From Torpedo marmorata (Eukaryota), in the NCBI GenBank assembly GCA_977017645.1, contig OZ360234.1, forward strand, positions 65,658,001-65,722,000: DNA of 64,000 nt, given 5' to 3'. Of the stretch, positions 60,954 through 64,000 are shown piece after piece. The translations under genes and the position numbers were made by a program. The notes under the pieces were generated by a model. The model was given only the letters and a program-made list of their open reading frames with translations. It did no database searches and was not told the origin of the DNA. The first letter of the stretch is position 1. The number at the start of each line of letters is the position of its first letter.

Positions 60954-63494
60954 GTTGGTGCTCTGAGGCTGTTGGTGCTCTGTATATATGGCGAGGTTGG
61001 ATAGGCTGGGTCTTTCTTTCCCAGTGTGGGAAGTCAAGGGGTGACCTTACAGGTATTTTGCATCAGTCTTTACTATGGAAGGCACCAGTGACGTGCCAGA
61101 AATTCAAGATCGCCAGGGGGCAGAAGTGAATGTAGTTGCTGTTACTAAGGAGAAGGCGCTTGGGAAGCCAAAGGTGGATAAATCACCTGGACCAGATGGA
61201 CTACACTCCAGGGTTCTGAAAGAGGAAGCTGAATAGTGTGAATGCTTTAGTAGTGATCTTTCAGGGTTTGCGAGAGTTGGGAATGATTCCAGAGGACTGA
61301 AAAATTGCAAATGTCAGTCCACTCAAAGAAGGGAGCGAAGCAATTTTGGGGGGGGGGGGACTGGTTCAGTCACATCTTTGGTGGGACAGGTCATAAAAAA
61401 GCCAGACTCTTTAAGTGCAGAACAAGGAAAAAAATTGTGATCTTGTGTACATGACAATAAATTGAATCGAAATCTTGCGAGGAGAACTTCCTCTGCTGAA
61501 GGATATTCAATGAACATTATGTGGGGGAGTGGGGGCAGGTATGATGACCTGGTAGTTTCACAGTATCCAATATTGATGCGAGAGTTTTAAATGATTGCAT
61601 TCACTGAATTTAACTTCTGTTGGATTTTTAAACATTTCTAGATAGCTCGTTCAATAATTCAACCACTATACTGCCATATACCCTGAGTCGATACAGAATG
61701 AAGGGGGGTGGTTACAAATGTTCCTCATTGGTTCTTAGAGAGGGTAATAACCAGCGGATTTTCATCGATCCTGGATTCAAGAATTTTACATTGCATCTGC
61801 TTTCATATTCATTCACTGCATGGAGCAGTATTTCCCAGGATCATTTAATTTCCTTGTTTGAACTAATGGAGAAAATTGATTGCTGCTGACAAAATATGAA
61901 ATAAAAGGGCTCTTTTCTGATTGCAAATTTCAGTAAAAGCCATGAATGACCCACAATCAAAGCTTAATACAAATTGACATGCCATGGCGTTCACCTCATT
62001 GTAGATTGACAGGTTTGCTCTAATGTAGATATACATTATGGTTTTTACCACAATGTAGATTCACAGGTTACAGTGTCTGCCCCATGGAGATTCACACCAA
62101 GGTATTTACCACCATGCAGGTTGAGAGAGGGTGCTGTTTGCCATGATTCAAACCATCAGCTCTTGCCACCTAAATGGGTTAAGCTGTCGCATTATATTTT
62201 GCATCTGTCTCCTGACTAAGCAGTTCATGGCGACATCCTTTTAATTCAACTGTGTTCCCCTGCCCCCAAAATAAATGTTGTTCTTTACAACATTATATTT
62301 GCAGAATATTTTAAAGATTTGACAGGGCTTAGCATCGAGATCTTTCTATCCTCAGTCCTTGCTGAAAAAAAAGCAGCAAGCAAAGCTTATTGCAGGAGGT
62401 TGAAGTGTTAATGTGTCTGATCATAGACATTCCTTTGCACATTGTACCAGGCTTGGACCACTTCCTGTTGTTGCTTACCAAAGCCTGAACTCCTTCTGTT
62501 CCATTTCCTAGTTTTGCAATTGGTGCTGGCACTTCCGTGTGATACCAAAACCAACGTGAGCTTTTAGGTTTCTGGACAGCTTTACTTGGATGATGTATAT
62601 TTAATCATTTTTGATCAAGGAAGCATATCTGCACAAGAACAGTGGGCATTACATTCAACTGAACTGTAAACAGTGGAATTTGGTAATCCAGGGATATGCT
62701 TCATTCTTTGGCAGCACTAGCCTTGCTGAAATCCAGACACCATGTAACAAGCTTTTACTGGAGCATCACAATTTCCCAACTCTGCACACTGGGGTTTTGG
62801 ATATGTCCCAGAGGAATTCATGTTTCCATTTCTACTCAGGAAAATTCTTAGAGATTCTGTCAAGCTGATTGCATCCTCTTGGAAAACATTTTTATCCTAT
62901 TTGCAAAGTTTTTATTGAAAAGTTTAAAAACTACAGCTGTTCATAAAACGTAAGGAAAACCCCTAATTTAATGTCAACCACACCAGTAATTTTCCTCTCC
63001 AAAATTAATCAGTGGGATCCTGAGAATATCATTCATTCCTGGAGATTTAACAGCAGACAAGGTTATCACCATCCAAAACAAAGCATGCTGTCACTAAATG
63101 AAACATTTCAAGATTCCTTTATTGTCACGTAATAGTACAGATCATGTAATAGTACATGAAATTGCCTTCTGCCTGCAGCAAGGCTGATAAAGCGTCATCA
63201 TTATATGTTGCACCTTAGAGAAAGAGAGAAAGAGAAGCAAAAGAGAGTCCCTTCAATATTCTGAGTGTCCGTGAATTTGCCTTATACCCTTCACCATCAG
63301 ATGAAGTGCGTACCATTTACAATATGTACTGCAGATGTTTACATAGGTAGGCTACTCTGATAATGCCTCACATCCTTGGAAGCACCATCACTTGTATGTT
63401 CCCCTCCAAGTCACTCACTGTCCTAATTTGGAAATTTATCATTGTTCTTTCATCATTGCTGGGTCGACATCCCAGAACACTTTCTTTATTTGAG

Positions 63495-64000
63495 GCAGGG
63501 AAGTACCTTCACCAGAAGAACCAATGATCCAAATATCTGAATCCTTCCCTCCAACACCAGCTCCTGAGCCATGCATTAAACTGCACTATCTTCCTGCTTA
63601 TTACCTCACTAGCAGGTGACACCTGTAATAATGCTGAAATTACAAGCCTGGAAGTCCTGTGTTTTAACTTGCTACCTGGCTTCCTGAACTCATTCTCCAG
63701 CACCCCAGCTCCCTATGTCATTGGCACCAATGTGGACTGTGACCTCTGGCTCTTCTCCCTCCCCTCTCAGAATTTCCTATACCTGCTCAGAGACAAACCG
63801 GACCCTGGCACCAGGGAAGCCACACACTATCCTGGAGCCTCACAGCCTCAGAAACACCTATCTGTGCCCCTGAGTATGGAGTCTCTGCCATGATCTCTCT
63901 ACCTGAATTCACCCTTCCCTGCAGAGCCTCAGAGCCAATTGCGGTACCAATGACCCAGCTATTGCTGCTACCCTCTGATAGGTCGTTCCCCCAGCAGAAT
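63495..64000 (-). mobile_element. Degenerate CR1 ORF1 (SGNH esterase) fragment
   Basis: HIGANDI-like motif and FNAWLRSWCWREGFRYLDHW, homologous to 37157-37498. Confidence 0.75.

Overview
Vertebrate genomic DNA, most likely a cartilaginous fish (ray/shark), inferred from the repeat complement: CR1, L1/Tx1, Rex1/Babar, Penelope, and tRNA- and 5S-derived SINEs. I recognise one host coding exon: a 1389-bp phase 0-0 exon at 12624-14012 (+) of a mastermind-like gene, best matching MAMLD1 but with several MAML2-like motifs. The rest appears intronic and is dominated by transposon remnants. Most other entries in the ORF track are TE fragments or spurious. The most unusual structures are: (1) a 34-bp G-quadruplex-type minisatellite arranged as a fold-back, each unit carrying TGACGTGG and an insulin-VNTR-like core; (2) a perfect 153-bp inverted duplication of flanking DNA inside a Penelope element; (3) an L1 with a twin-priming inversion and a 15-bp TSD; (4) a CpG-rich structured 92-bp segment in one L1 3' UTR; (5) two non-autonomous families, a 5S-headed SINE and a GC-rich YY1-headed element, that share the Rex1 3' tail; (6) recurring hammerhead-like motifs in Penelope ends. 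All family assignments come from recalled motifs; no database search was run.
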